DNA of 41,273 nucleotides from Phycisphaerae bacterium (GCA_016931655.1 JAFGEJ010000173.1:1-41273); one strand, 5' to 3'; counted from the first letter of the stretch, positions 1 through 10,199 are shown. Notes: generated by a model from the letters alone, not told the origin. Numbers and translations are program-made.

Positions 1-173
1 ATCTATATTATCAGTGGCGTAACGAGGCCTCCTGTCGAAGCCACCGAAAACGTAGTCATAAATTGAAATTGAAGTAGCGCTGTCATACTAGTTTGTCGTT
101 TGGCGGTATTTGTTTATGATACAATCGTCTTCAATATCGCACGTATCCATCTTACAGGGAAAAAAACGAAACC

Positions 174-1337
174 ATGTTGAATCCATACCGGAACGTCAAT
201 TGGGCCGACGTCCATCGTGTGCCGTCCACCACGCACCTGCATTGCAAAACCCAGAAAGAACTGGACAATGCCTACGCCCGCGGCATCCGGCATTTCAGCA
301 TTTCCAACTACTATCCCTCGGCCCCCTACAACGCCGAGACGCGCATCTCCGATTTCTGGTTCCACCAGACCTGGGGCGTCCCAAAACGCGACGGGGAAAT
401 GCTCTCGCCGCCGATTGATTGGACCAAGGTCATTACATGGAAGGACGAGCTGGACGAAGAATGGCGAAACACCATCCCCACCGGCCAAACCGAACCGGTG
501 TTCTCCCACATCCCATCCGACGTCATCCTGAGCAACAATGCCGAACATCACGGCTTTGCCGACGAGGCCCGCAGCCTGCATGTCACCAGCCCCGGTTCGA
601 CGTATTGCTCGGGCAATATCAACGCAGGCAACCGATATCATCTGCTTCATCATGGATTTTTCACCGGTTTCGGCGGTTCCTGGCGGGAGTTGTTTGAAGA
701 CGTTCTTGGCCGACTTGATTATCCCGACGGCGGCGGGATTGTGATCAATCATCCGACCTGGTTCTCGAATTTTTCGGACGAGTTCGTGATGGAGATGCTC
801 GACTTCGACCCGCGCGTACTCGGCATTGAGATTTATAATCATTCTTCCTATGGGTCTACGCAGAACGGCAAGCGATCGCCGGACTCGCAGGACGAGGAAC
901 TCGGATTCTCGCTGAACATGTGGGACCGAATTCTCGCCACCGGCCGGGTGTGCCTGGGCTTTTCCGTACCGGACCACCACATGTCGGACGAGGACAACTG
1001 GCTGGGCATGATGGTCCTGCTCGTGCCGGAATGTACCGACCACGAATGTCTCCGAGCGTTTCGCAACGGCAATTTCTATTCCTGCCTGAAAAACAACGGC
1101 CTGTCGGTGATGGAATTTGCCGTGAACGAACAAAAAGCAGCCGTGCGGTTCAACGCGAACGCCGGCATACGTATCATCGCCGACGGCGAGACGGTTCTGG
1201 AGACAACCGGTGATACGGCGGAGTGGAACATTCCGCAGAAGCAGGGAAAACCCGCCGTCACGTATCTGCGTGTCGAAGCCTCGGACGACACCGGCGAACG
1301 CCTCTTGCTCCAACCGGTGATGATGAAACAAAGATAA
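174..1337 (+). CDS. PHP-domain-like (CehA/McbA-type) metallohydrolase
   Basis: 387-aa ORF with PHP-like metal-ligand motifs: THLHC near the N-terminus, NAEHH, INHP, IEIYN and PDHH. It ends in a small beta-rich domain (YLRVEA...LLQPV). Confidence 0.6.
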   Translation: MLNPYRNVNWADVHRVPSTTHLHCKTQKELDNAYARGIRHFSISNYYPSAPYNAETRISDFWFHQTWGVPKRDGEMLSPPIDWTKVITWKDELDEEWRNTIPTGQTEPVFSHIPSDVILSNNAEHHGFADEARSLHVTSPGSTYCSGNINAGNRYHLLHHGFFTGFGGSWRELFEDVLGRLDYPDGGGIVINHPTWFSNFSDEFVMEMLDFDPRVLGIEIYNHSSYGSTQNGKRSPDSQDEELGFSLNMWDRILATGRVCLGFSVPDHHMSDEDNWLGMMVLLVPECTDHECLRAFRNGNFYSCLKNNGLSVMEFAVNEQKAAVRFNANAGIRIIADGETVLETTGDTAEWNIPQKQGKPAVTYLRVEASDDTGERLLLQPVMMKQR

Positions 1338-1350
1338 CTGAAAGAAGCAT

Positions 1351-1423
1351 CGCCGAACGGTAAACCAATTCTAATATTCCATCAACATTGAGTGTCAACT
1401 TGTCGTTCGGCGCTGTTTTTTTT
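1351..1423 (+). terminator. possible intrinsic terminator (long-loop stem followed by T8)
   Basis: CGCCGAACG (1351-1359) pairs with CGTTCGGCG (1404-1412), followed by a T-run at 1416-1423. It lies between convergent genes, but the loop is unusually long. Confidence 0.35.
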
Positions 1424-1424
1424 C

Positions 1425-1452
1425 CTGACTACCGACTACTGACCACAGACTA
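1425..1452. repeat. four tandem degenerate heptamers (CTGACTA-like)
   Basis: CTGACTA CCGACTA CTGACCA CAGACTA. The last unit contains the araB TAG stop. Confidence 0.7.
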
Positions 1453-3126
1453 CGATCCCCGCGCCTGGGCACGGAGGTCGAGGAGGTCTTTCATCACGTT
1501 GTGGCAGCTTCCCTTCCAGGCCGTCGTGCCGAAGGCGTCGTGAAGCTGCTTGTAGAGGACGTAGAGTTTTTTGTACACCGCAACGGCTGGGGGGTTGGGC
1601 TGGTAGACTTTCGTTTTCAGGCCGGTCATGGCCTTCTGGGCGGCGGGGATGCTCTCATGCGCCCCGGCGCAGACCGCCGCCGCGACGGCCGCCCCCAGCG
1701 CACAGGTCTGAGACGACCGGGAGAGCATCATCGGCCGATTCGTCACGTCGGCGTAAATCTGCATGACCATCGGATTTTTCTCCGCGATGCCGCCGCCGGT
1801 GACAATCCGCTCGACCTTCACGTGATACTGCTCCAGCCGGTTGATGATCGTCAGTGCGCCGAAGGCCGTCGCCTCGACCAGCGCCCGGTAGACCTCCGCC
1901 GGCGTGGTGTGCAGCGATTGGCCCACCAGCAGGCCGCTTAATCGCGGATCGACCAGTACCGTGCGGTTGCCGTGGTTCCAGTCGAGCGCCAGCAGGCCGC
2001 TGGCGCCGGGAGCGAGTTTGTCGGCCTCCTTCGTCAGCGCGGCGTGGGAACCGCTCTTCGCACCACCGGGACGAATGACATCCACGTACCAGTTGAAAAT
2101 ATCGCCCACGGCGCTCTGCCCGGCCTCCAGGCCGATGAACCCCGGCACGACGCTGCCCTTGACGATACCGCACAAGCCCGGAATGTCCGCCAGCGGCTGG
2201 CCGGCTGGGACGATCATCATATCGCACGTGCTCGTGCCGAGAATTTTCACCAGCGTTCCCGGTTCGATGCCTGATCCGACGGCCCCGGCGTGTGCGTCGA
2301 ACACGCCCGTGGCAACGGGGATGCCCGCCGGCAGGCCGGTTTTGGAGGCCCAGGCCTTGGACAATTCGCCGACGGACGTGTCGATGGTCTGGGCGCGCGT
2401 TTTGAGCCGCACGTGCAGGCCGCCGAGTTTCGGATCGAGGCGGGCGAGGAATTTTTCATCCGGGTATCCGCCCCAGTCGGCGTTGAACATGGCCTTGTGC
2501 CCGGCTGCACAGACGCAGATTTTTAAATCTTCCGGCGCTTCGGTGCCGCTGAGAACGGCTGGGATCCAGTCCGCGGCCTCCACCCAGGTATAGGCCGCCG
2601 AGAAGACCTTCGGATTCGTCCGCAGGCAGTGCAGGATTTTGCTGAAGAACCATTCGCTGCTGTAGACCCCGCCGCACTTGGCGAGATATTGCGGGCGCAT
2701 CTTGCGGGCCAGGTCGGTGATCTCCTCGGCCTCGGCGAAGGACGTGTGATCCTTCCACAGCCAGGCCATCGCGTCGAGGTCTTTTGCGAACCGCGGGTCC
2801 ATCGCCAGCGGCTGACCCTTTCGGTCCACGGGAATCGGCGTGCTGCCGGTGGTGTCCACGCCCAGGCCGATCACGTGGTCCGGCTTGAACGTTTTGACGC
2901 TCCGTTTGGCGGCTGCCAGCGCCCGCTTGATGGTGGTCTCGGCGCCCTTGAGATAGTCAGCCGGGTGCTGGCGGGCGAGGTTCGGATCACCGGAGAGCAA
3001 AATCCCTTCCTTGCCGTGAGCATAAGTCCACGCCGCCGAGGCGATCTCCCGCCCATCGGCGACGTTGACGAGTATCGCCCGCACCGAATTCGTCCCGTAA
3101 TCCAGACCGATTGTATACTTGGCCAT
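1450..3126 (-). CDS. araB: L-ribulokinase (FGGY family)
   Basis: Motifs IGLDYGTNSVRA, ARQHPADY, GVDTTGSTP, WKDHT, YSSEWF, GTSTCDM, LEAGQSAVGDIF and LDWNHGNR. An AAGG RBS lies upstream. Confidence 0.93.
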   Translation of the reverse strand: MAKYTIGLDYGTNSVRAILVNVADGREIASAAWTYAHGKEGILLSGDPNLARQHPADYLKGAETTIKRALAAAKRSVKTFKPDHVIGLGVDTTGSTPIPVDRKGQPLAMDPRFAKDLDAMAWLWKDHTSFAEAEEITDLARKMRPQYLAKCGGVYSSEWFFSKILHCLRTNPKVFSAAYTWVEAADWIPAVLSGTEAPEDLKICVCAAGHKAMFNADWGGYPDEKFLARLDPKLGGLHVRLKTRAQTIDTSVGELSKAWASKTGLPAGIPVATGVFDAHAGAVGSGIEPGTLVKILGTSTCDMMIVPAGQPLADIPGLCGIVKGSVVPGFIGLEAGQSAVGDIFNWYVDVIRPGGAKSGSHAALTKEADKLAPGASGLLALDWNHGNRTVLVDPRLSGLLVGQSLHTTPAEVYRALVEATAFGALTIINRLEQYHVKVERIVTGGGIAEKNPMVMQIYADVTNRPMMLSRSSQTCALGAAVAAAVCAGAHESIPAAQKAMTGLKTKVYQPNPPAVAVYKKLYVLYKQLHDAFGTTAWKGSCHNVMKDLLDLRAQARGS

Positions 3127-3361
3127 GACATTGCCTTTCTGGAACTATCCTACAAATACTCATATCAGAAAAACCTGAAACGTGATTCAACATCATCATT
3201 TCGCGGGAATCAATCTTCATTTTGCCAGGATTTTACGTGGAATATCATTTGCAGGATTCGAGGATGGATTGGTACATTCCCGTATCCCCTCAGCCGGCGG
3301 AGAAAGCGGCCCGCGGTTGGGCGTTCTGCCGGCTGGGCGGGCTGAAACAAGGAACAAAATC

Positions 3362-6300
3362 ATGGCGTTGGATCTGGAATGGCGGGATCGGCTGAAGCGG
3401 TGGCGGGACGAATTGTCGCGCCATATCGAATACCGGCTGGGCGACGTGGACTTCGAGTTTTTCGTCACGAAGGACCGGCTTACGTATGACGAGGCGATGG
3501 CTGGCGCCTTTGCCCCCTGCCCCGCGGGCACGAAATGGGGCAGAATGTGGGAGTACGGCTGGTTCCACGCGAACATCACCCTGCCGGCGGAGGCCCGGCG
3601 CCGGCGCGTGTATCTGCGGCCTAACGTCGTCGGCGAATCGCTCGTATACATCGACGGGCAGGTGGCCGGTTCCGTCAGCAGGCAACCTATCGCAATCGCC
3701 CTAACGAGTCCAAGGCCGACAATCGACCTGACACGCAACGGCAAGAGCGGACAGAAAATCTCCGTCCTGATCGAATGCTACGCCGGGCACGGCGTACCCC
3801 GCGGCGAAACGGGGCCCGTCCCGCCGGGCCGACAAGTAGTCCAGAAACCCGAAGGAACGCAACTTGTCGTCGAACAGGGCGAATTCGGCCTGTGGGAAGA
3901 AGACGTCTACCAACTGCACGTCGACGTGGAAACCCTTTTCCAACTGCGGGAAAATATCGACAAAGAATCGTTGCGCGTCTCGGAAATCGACGAAGCCCTG
4001 CGCGAATTCACGCGGATCGTGGACTTCGAGCTGCCCCGCGAGGAATTCCTCGCCACCGTGCGCGAAGCCCGCAAAATGCTCGCGCCGCTGCTGGCGAAAA
4101 CGAACGGGCCGACGGCCCCGACGCTGTACGGCTTCGGGCACGGGCACCTGGACGTGGCGTGGCTGTGGCCGCTGGCGGAAACCGACCGCAAAGAGGCCCG
4201 CACGCTGGGCAACCAACTCGCCCTGGCGGACGAATATGAAGGCTACAACTTCCTGAACTCCCAGACACACCTGTTCTGGAGGATCCAGCAGAAGTACCCG
4301 CAATTCTGGGAACGGGTGAAGCAGGGCGTCAAGGACGGCAAGATCATCGCCGACGGCGCATGGTGGGTGGAAGCCGATACCAACATCTCCAGCGGCGAAT
4401 CGCTCATCCGCCAGGCGCTGTACGGCAAGAAATTCTTTCGCGAGGAGTTCGGCCTGGACAGTCGCGTCCTCTGGCTGCCGGACGTGTTCGGCTACTCCGG
4501 CGCCCTGCCGCAGATTCTCAATGGCTGCGGTGTGGATTACTTCGCCACCGCAAAAATCTTCTGGACGTACCACGGCGGCGATCCGTTCCCCTACAACACG
4601 TTCTGGTGGGAGGGCGTGGACGGCACGCGGATTCTCGTGCACCTGGTGAACGATTACGGCGAACCCGCCAATCCGTACGAACTGATCCGGCGGTGGAATC
4701 AGCGGGTGCAGAAAGACGGCATCACTTCTCGCCTGTTTCCGTTCGGCTTCAGCGACGGTGGCGGCGGCCCGAACCGCGACCACGTCGAATTCGCACGGCG
4801 CTGCGCGGACCTGGAGGGCTGCCCGAAACTGAAACTCTCCACGCCGCGGGAATTTTTCAACGACATCGAAGAGCAAGGCGGCATCGACAACGTCTACGTC
4901 GGCGAATTGTATTACCAGGGCCATCGCGGCACGTACACCTCCCAGGCCAAGACCAAGCAGGGCAATCGCAGGAGCGAAATCGCCCTGCGCGAGGCGGAAC
5001 TCTGGAGCACCGCCGCGGCGGTGCTGAAGAAGCACAGGATCGACAGGGAAACGCTGTGGAACTGCTGGCGGCAGGTGATGCTGCACCAGTTCCACGACAT
5101 TCTGCCCGGTTCCTCCATCGCCCGCGTGTACGAAGAAGCGGAGGCCGAATATGCCCGCGTGTTGAAGGAGTTGGCGGCAGTGACGGGCAAAGCCGCCGGC
5201 GCTCTGACCGACAACGCAAAGGACGCGATTACGCTCTTCAATTCCCTCTCCTGGGATCGCAAATCCCTGATCGCCCTGCCGGCCGGCTGGAATGGCGCGA
5301 CCGACGCCGACGGCGATACGCTGTGCGTGCAGGAGGTTGAAGGCGTGAAATATGTCGAGACGGAAATTCTGAGCATGGGCCTGGCATCGCTGAAGAAAGC
5401 GGACGCATCGGCGTCGGCGGGCTGTCGCGGCTGCGGCGGCGTGCAGGCGGAAAAAACACGGCTGGAAAACGACCTCGTTCGCGCCACGTTCAACGAACGG
5501 GGCGAACTGGTCAGTCTCGTCGCAAAGGACACCGGCATGGAGTTCCTCGCCGGACCGAGCAACCAGTTCCGCATGTACAAAGACGTGCCCAGCCAATGCG
5601 ACGCATGGGACATCGACAGCATGTACGAGCAGACGCCCGTGGAATTGCAGGCCGAGGCCAGGGTCGAAGTCGTCTGCTCCGGGCCGCTGCTGGGTAAGGT
5701 TCGCGTGACGCGGAAGATCAACGGCTCGGAGATGTCGCAGGATATCACGCTGCGACGCGGGCAGCGGCGCGTCGAATTCGCCACGGTGATCGACTGGAAC
5801 GAAAAGCACAAGCTGCTGAAAGTCGCGTTTGACTCGAACATTCACGCGAACGAGGCGATCCACGAGATTCAGTACGGTTACATCGCCCGGCCGAACCATC
5901 GCTCGCGCCCGTTCGATCGAGATCGGTTCGAGGTGTGCAATCATCGTTTCACGGCCCTGTGCGAACAGCGTCGCGGCCTGGCGGTGCTTAATGACTGCAA
6001 ATACGGCGTCAGCACGCTGGGCGGGTGCATTCAGCTCACGTTGCTCAGGAGCGCCCAGGCCCCGGACGACACCGCCGACCTGGGCCGGCAGGAATTCACC
6101 TACGCCGTGACGGCCTGGGAAGGTGCGTTCGGCGACAGCCACCTGACGCGGCAGGGATACGAACTGAACGTTCCGGTTACCGCAGTTGCAGGCTCGGCGG
6201 AGCGAACGAGCCTGTTTTCCCTCGACGCCGATAACGTCATCATCGACGCCGTCAAACCGGCGGAGGACGGCAGCGGGGACGTGATCGTTCGCCTGTACGA

Positions 6301-6472
6301 ATCGCTGCGGACCGCGACGAACTGCATGCTCTCGGCCGCCCTGCCCGTCAAGGCCGCCCGGCAGACGGACATGCTGGAGAATAAAACGGGCGATCTGACG
6401 GTATCGAAGGGAAGCATCGCCCTGTCGTTTCGCCCGTTCGAGATCAAAACCGTTCGACTGCAAACAAAATAA
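3362..6472 (+). CDS. alpha-mannosidase, glycoside hydrolase family 38
   Basis: GH38 motifs GHGHLDVAWLWP, WLPDVFGYSG, HRGTYTSQ and HQFHDILPGSSI, with C-terminal FRPFEIKT. The start is moved to ATG 3362, which follows an AAGGA RBS. Confidence 0.92.
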   Translation: MALDLEWRDRLKRWRDELSRHIEYRLGDVDFEFFVTKDRLTYDEAMAGAFAPCPAGTKWGRMWEYGWFHANITLPAEARRRRVYLRPNVVGESLVYIDGQVAGSVSRQPIAIALTSPRPTIDLTRNGKSGQKISVLIECYAGHGVPRGETGPVPPGRQVVQKPEGTQLVVEQGEFGLWEEDVYQLHVDVETLFQLRENIDKESLRVSEIDEALREFTRIVDFELPREEFLATVREARKMLAPLLAKTNGPTAPTLYGFGHGHLDVAWLWPLAETDRKEARTLGNQLALADEYEGYNFLNSQTHLFWRIQQKYPQFWERVKQGVKDGKIIADGAWWVEADTNISSGESLIRQALYGKKFFREEFGLDSRVLWLPDVFGYSGALPQILNGCGVDYFATAKIFWTYHGGDPFPYNTFWWEGVDGTRILVHLVNDYGEPANPYELIRRWNQRVQKDGITSRLFPFGFSDGGGGPNRDHVEFARRCADLEGCPKLKLSTPREFFNDIEEQGGIDNVYVGELYYQGHRGTYTSQAKTKQGNRRSEIALREAELWSTAAAVLKKHRIDRETLWNCWRQVMLHQFHDILPGSSIARVYEEAEAEYARVLKELAAVTGKAAGALTDNAKDAITLFNSLSWDRKSLIALPAGWNGATDADGDTLCVQEVEGVKYVETEILSMGLASLKKADASASAGCRGCGGVQAEKTRLENDLVRATFNERGELVSLVAKDTGMEFLAGPSNQFRMYKDVPSQCDAWDIDSMYEQTPVELQAEARVEVVCSGPLLGKVRVTRKINGSEMSQDITLRRGQRRVEFATVIDWNEKHKLLKVAFDSNIHANEAIHEIQYGYIARPNHRSRPFDRDRFEVCNHRFTALCEQRRGLAVLNDCKYGVSTLGGCIQLTLLRSAQAPDDTADLGRQEFTYAVTAWEGAFGDSHLTRQGYELNVPVTAVAGSAERTSLFSLDADNVIIDAVKPAEDGSGDVIVRLYESLRTATNCMLSAALPVKAARQTDMLENKTGDLTVSKGSIALSFRPFEIKTVRLQTK

Positions 6473-6485
6473 TCCGGCGGGAATT

Positions 6486-7307
6486 TTATCTTCTTCCATG
6501 CAGACGGCGGACGCCGGCTGCCAGGACGACCAGCAGCGAGGAAACCAGCACGATCACCGCGCCGCTGGGAAGGTCCGTGATTGCCGAAAGGAGAAATCCT
6601 CCCCCGCCGCTGATCGCACCGAGGATCACCGCCAGCAGCGTCACGCGTCGGCCGCCGCGGGTCAACTGGAAGGCCGCCGCCGCGGGATTGGTAATCAGGC
6701 TGTAGATCATCAACCCGCCGACGGCCTGGAAGTTCACGGTCATCAGCGCCGCCGTCAAGACCAGAAAGCCCGTCCAGACGCCCGTGGCGTGAATACCCGC
6801 CGCCTGGGCGTCGGCGCGGGAAAACAGAATCGCCCGCATCTCCTTGCCGAACAGCAGCACGAACGCGCCCAAGGCCGCAGCCGCCGAGAGCATCAGCCAC
6901 ACGTCCGACCAGCGGCAGTACGTCAGGCTGCCCCACAGCAGGCCGCGAACGTCGTTGTCGCTCTTGCCCAGCACGCCGAACAACCCGAAGCCCACAAACG
7001 CCAACCCCATCGTGACGGAAAACAGCAGTCCCATCACGACGTTGGCGTCCATGTGAATTTTTCGCGGATCGGCCAATCCCAGCGCAATGGCGGTGATCAT
7101 CGCCCCGCCCAGCGCCGGCAGCAGAAGAACCGCGCCGGTCAGCCCCGCCAGGGCGCCGAACACCGCGCCGGCCAAGGCCGCGTGGGCCACGCACACGCCC
7201 AGGAACGGAATCCGCATGCCGACGATGTACACGCTCAGCAGGCCGCTGGAGGCCCCGGCGATCAGTCCGCCGGCAAGGACCGGCGCCCAGAACATGAGAT
7301 CAGGCAT
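6486..7307 (-). CDS. metal ABC transporter permease (ZnuB/MntB, ABC-3 family)
   Basis: Hydrophobic multi-TM protein with VAHAALAG, LLWGSL, VGGLMIYSL and DLPSGAVIVL. ATG 7307 has a GGAGG RBS and overlaps the stop of the upstream methyltransferase. Confidence 0.88.
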   Translation of the reverse strand: MPDLMFWAPVLAGGLIAGASSGLLSVYIVGMRIPFLGVCVAHAALAGAVFGALAGLTGAVLLLPALGGAMITAIALGLADPRKIHMDANVVMGLLFSVTMGLAFVGFGLFGVLGKSDNDVRGLLWGSLTYCRWSDVWLMLSAAAALGAFVLLFGKEMRAILFSRADAQAAGIHATGVWTGFLVLTAALMTVNFQAVGGLMIYSLITNPAAAAFQLTRGGRRVTLLAVILGAISGGGGFLLSAITDLPSGAVIVLVSSLLVVLAAGVRRLHGRR

Positions 7308-7905
7308 GATCCGCCTCCCCAGCCGAAACGGCAAACTGGAGAAGGTAATTCATCTCAACGTCCCAATATCCGATCTTCCGAAACCCCGCCGCCGTTGCCA
7401 GCGATTCGACCTTCTCCGGGGACAATCGTATGTGCATCGGCGGGCCGACGGGAGAGCTTGCCTGACACTCAACAACGCCCAGCCGCCCGCCGGGTTTCAA
7501 AACGCGTCGCAACTCGCCAAACAATCCCGCCGCCTCCGCCAAAAGATTCGGCACGTGCAGCACGTTGGCGAGAAGGCACACGTCCACGGAATCGTCGGGA
7601 AGAGGAATCGCCCGTGCCAGGTCGGCGAGCATGGTTGTAACGTTCGAGAACCCCTCGGCCTTGGCCTGGCGATGTATCGCCTCAAACCAGTCCTCCTGCC
7701 GGTCCAGCGCAAAGACGTTTCCCGTCGGCCCGACGACGTTCGCCGCGAACAGTGTATATTCGCCCGTCCCACAACCGGCATCGAGAAACGTGTCCCTTTG
7801 TCGCAATTCCAGCGGATGGAAAATCCGTTCCGGCGCCTGCATCCAGAAACTGCTCGGTGCGTGATGGGCGCCGGCGTGTTCGTTTTTTGAGTCTGTGCTA
7901 CTCAT
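7300..7905 (-). CDS. class I SAM-dependent methyltransferase
   Basis: Motif I FLDAGCGTG, plus VFALD, DSVD, NVLH, RVLKPGG and GPP..IR. The N-terminus is His-rich (EHAGAHH). Both ends overlap neighbouring genes; an alternative start is at 7911. Confidence 0.85.
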   Translation of the reverse strand: MSSTDSKNEHAGAHHAPSSFWMQAPERIFHPLELRQRDTFLDAGCGTGEYTLFAANVVGPTGNVFALDRQEDWFEAIHRQAKAEGFSNVTTMLADLARAIPLPDDSVDVCLLANVLHVPNLLAEAAGLFGELRRVLKPGGRLGVVECQASSPVGPPMHIRLSPEKVESLATAAGFRKIGYWDVEMNYLLQFAVSAGEADHA

Positions 7906-8701
7906 TACCATGTCCCCCGGGCACGACGGCCCATCGGCCGGCGGTGTGCATCACGCCCAGCGTCGGCCCGTAGAGCGACTGAATTCGATCGGCGGTGAGC
8001 GTCTCGGCCGGCGGGCCGTCGGCGGTAAGTCGCCCTTCGTCCAGCACGACCACGCGCCCGCAGCAGGCCGGCAAGACCTCCAGCTCGTGGCAGACCAGAA
8101 CCACCGTGATGTGCGTCTGGCGGTAGAGTTCTTCGACAACCTCAACGATCCGCTCGCGCCAGCCAAGGTCGAGATTGGCCGTCGGCTCATCGAGCAGCAG
8201 AAGCTCGGGATTCTGGACCATCGCACGGGCGATGAGCGTCTTTCGCTGCTCGCCGCCGGAAATTTCGCCGAAACCCCGCCGCGCCAGGTCCGCCAGACCC
8301 AGCCGGTCCAGCCATTCGTCCACGATCCGCCAGTCGGCGGACTTCAGCGGGCGCAGCAGGCCCGCGATTCCGGTTCGGCCGATGGCAACAACTTCCTGCA
8401 CCGTCAGGGGCATTTCGCTTTGCGCGGGTAAAATCTGCGGTACATAACCTATTCGGCGGCGCAGGATCGTCCGTTCGCCGGCCGGCAGCGTTCCGATTTC
8501 CCGCCCGAGCACTTCCACGCGCCCGCGAACATGCCCCTGCATTCCCAGCAGGCAGCGAAGCATTGTGCTCTTGCCCGCGCCGTTGGGACCCAGCAGGCCC
8601 AGAAGCTCGCCCCGCGAAACCCCCAGCGAATCGACGGAAAGAATGTCACGATGTCCCGCGCGAACGAGTAAACCTTCGATATGGACCGCGACGTCGCTCA
8701 A
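7898..8701 (-). CDS. metal ABC transporter ATP-binding protein (ZnuC-like)
   Basis: Walker A GPNGAGKST, IGYVPQ, signature ISGGEQRK, Walker B LLLLDEP and H-loop VCHE. TTG start at 8701 has a GGAGG RBS and forms a TTGA overlap with the binding-protein stop. Confidence 0.9.
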   Translation of the reverse strand: MSDVAVHIEGLLVRAGHRDILSVDSLGVSRGELLGLLGPNGAGKSTMLRCLLGMQGHVRGRVEVLGREIGTLPAGERTILRRRIGYVPQILPAQSEMPLTVQEVVAIGRTGIAGLLRPLKSADWRIVDEWLDRLGLADLARRGFGEISGGEQRKTLIARAMVQNPELLLLDEPTANLDLGWRERIVEVVEELYRQTHITVVLVCHELEVLPACCGRVVVLDEGRLTADGPPAETLTADRIQSLYGPTLGVMHTAGRWAVVPGGHGNE

Positions 8702-9522
8702 TTCGCCTCCAGTAGTTTTTTGATATTGTCTCGCACCATATCGTCGAAAGAGGGTTGTCCCTCGTTCGTCGCGGGGAAATTGTCGAACACCGCGGCCTTC
8801 GCTTCGAGGCGCTCCGCGAGAAAGTCCGCGCACCGCCGGCCTTCGGGACGGTTGGCGACCACGAGTTTCGCCTGTTTTTCCTTCCCCGCCTGAAGGGCCT
8901 TGTCCAGCCGTTTCACGGATTCCACGTCCGTGCCGCGAAACGTCGCGACAACGTCCAGCCCCAACCACCTGCAAAACGCCTCCTGATGCACGCTGCAAAT
9001 GACAGACTCGTTCTTCAAAGGTTCCATCTCTTTTAGGCATTGCACCGAAAGTTTTTTCATTCGATCTTCAATGCGCCTCAGGCGTTCCGCCGCAATTTCT
9101 TTTTTCAGCAACCCAACACCCACCAGGGCCTCGGCGGTCTGTTTGCAGGCGGCGAGATAGCTCGCCGGTTCGCACAACCCGCCGGTGATATGGACGGGAA
9201 CGATTTTCAATCCCGCCTCAGCCGCCCCGGCGAGCTTGGCGTCCATCGACTCCTGAAAATCCATCCGCAGCAGCACGCAGCAGCGGCGAAGCTGCTGTAC
9301 CTGGGAAGGGCGGATGTCAAAGTGGCCCGGACACATGCCCGGCTCCGCCAGCCGCAGTACCGACGCGTCGCCGCCCAACAAATCCTTCGCGGCGCATTCC
9401 AGAAGCGAATTGGACGCCGCTACGTCCGCACCGCCCGGCCCAGCCGATCTCTCGCAGCCCGGTAAGGCCGCCAGGAACAGGATCGTCGGAACAACGACGC
9501 GAAATATCATGGGCTTTTGCAT
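8698..9522 (-). CDS. metal ABC transporter substrate-binding lipoprotein (ZnuA/TroA-like)
   Basis: Lipobox [18 protein letters not shown] sits at the position of the ZnuA-family PH motif, and SVHQEAF is present. It is adjacent to the ATPase and permease. An alternative start at 9510 gives an ATGA overlap. Confidence 0.8.
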   Translation of the reverse strand: MQKPMIFRVVVPTILFLAALPGCERSAGPGGADVAASNSLLECAAKDLLGGDASVLRLAEPGMCPGHFDIRPSQVQQLRRCCVLLRMDFQESMDAKLAGAAEAGLKIVPVHITGGLCEPASYLAACKQTAEALVGVGLLKKEIAAERLRRIEDRMKKLSVQCLKEMEPLKNESVICSVHQEAFCRWLGLDVVATFRGTDVESVKRLDKALQAGKEKQAKLVVANRPEGRRCADFLAERLEAKAAVFDNFPATNEGQPSFDDMVRDNIKKLLEAN

Positions 9523-10199
9523 TGAATACCACCGGTGGTCATGAACCGCACCAGAACACCGGTATCCCCCGGATGGGTATACCAGGTCGCGGCGCTCAAA
9601 GGCGCTTGTTTACTTTCGGATTTTTCGCTGTCAAACACAGGCCCCATGCTCCAGAGAATCCATTGAAGCGGTTGATGCGAGGCGAATGCGGCGTCTCCGG
9701 AATACTTTCCCGTCGTCGATTGACATACGGGGAAATCATCGGGAATCCATATATACCGATAATCTCTGTCGTATCTTGGTTCGCCGTTATCCAGGTACGG
9801 GCGGCCTGTCCTGGCGTATTTGTACGTGAATCCGGGATGAAACGCATCTTCCACTTCGGCGGCAAGCCCCCCGTCGGGCGGCCCTTTGGGAACATATCCC
9901 TCATTGGCGAGCTCCACGGGAAGCTGGCACCAATGATCCAGCAGATCGGTGTTGCAGTTGATGCGTACCGGCGGATATACGCCGTCATGGTCCGGGGCGT
10001 ACATCTCCAGCGCCAGTCCCAGTCCGTAGAGTTCCGCGTGGACCTTCGCGGCGCGAGCCATTTCCTTGGCCCTGGAAACCATCGGAAGCAGAATCGACAC
10101 CAGCAGCGCGATGATTGAGATCACCACAAGCAACTCAATCAATGTAAACGCGCCGCTGGATCGACCTGTCACTATGTTCGACGCCGTTTTGAGAGGCAT
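9507..10199 (-). CDS. prepilin-type N-terminal cleavage/methylation domain protein (pseudopilin-like)
   Basis: GA|[22 protein letters not shown] followed by SRAKEMAR. The variable C-terminal domain has [10 protein letters not shown] and WILWSMGP. An alternative GTG start is at 10172. Confidence 0.88.
   Translation of the reverse strand: MPLKTASNIVTGRSSGAFTLIELLVVISIIALLVSILLPMVSRAKEMARAAKVHAELYGLGLALEMYAPDHDGVYPPVRINCNTDLLDHWCQLPVELANEGYVPKGPPDGGLAAEVEDAFHPGFTYKYARTGRPYLDNGEPRYDRDYRYIWIPDDFPVCQSTTGKYSGDAAFASHQPLQWILWSMGPVFDSEKSESKQAPLSAATWYTHPGDTGVLVRFMTTGGIQCKSP

Noticed and set aside
1352-1411. GCCGAAC...GTTCGGC about 60 bp apart, resembling an integron attC site
   Set aside because: The inner L boxes are not complementary, there is only one copy, and no integron integrase or cassette array is present.
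3143-3170. Possible GntR/FadR-type operator upstream of araB (TATCCTACAAATACTCATATCAG)
   Set aside because: It has no clear symmetry and no regulator gene is nearby, so it cannot be supported from sequence alone.
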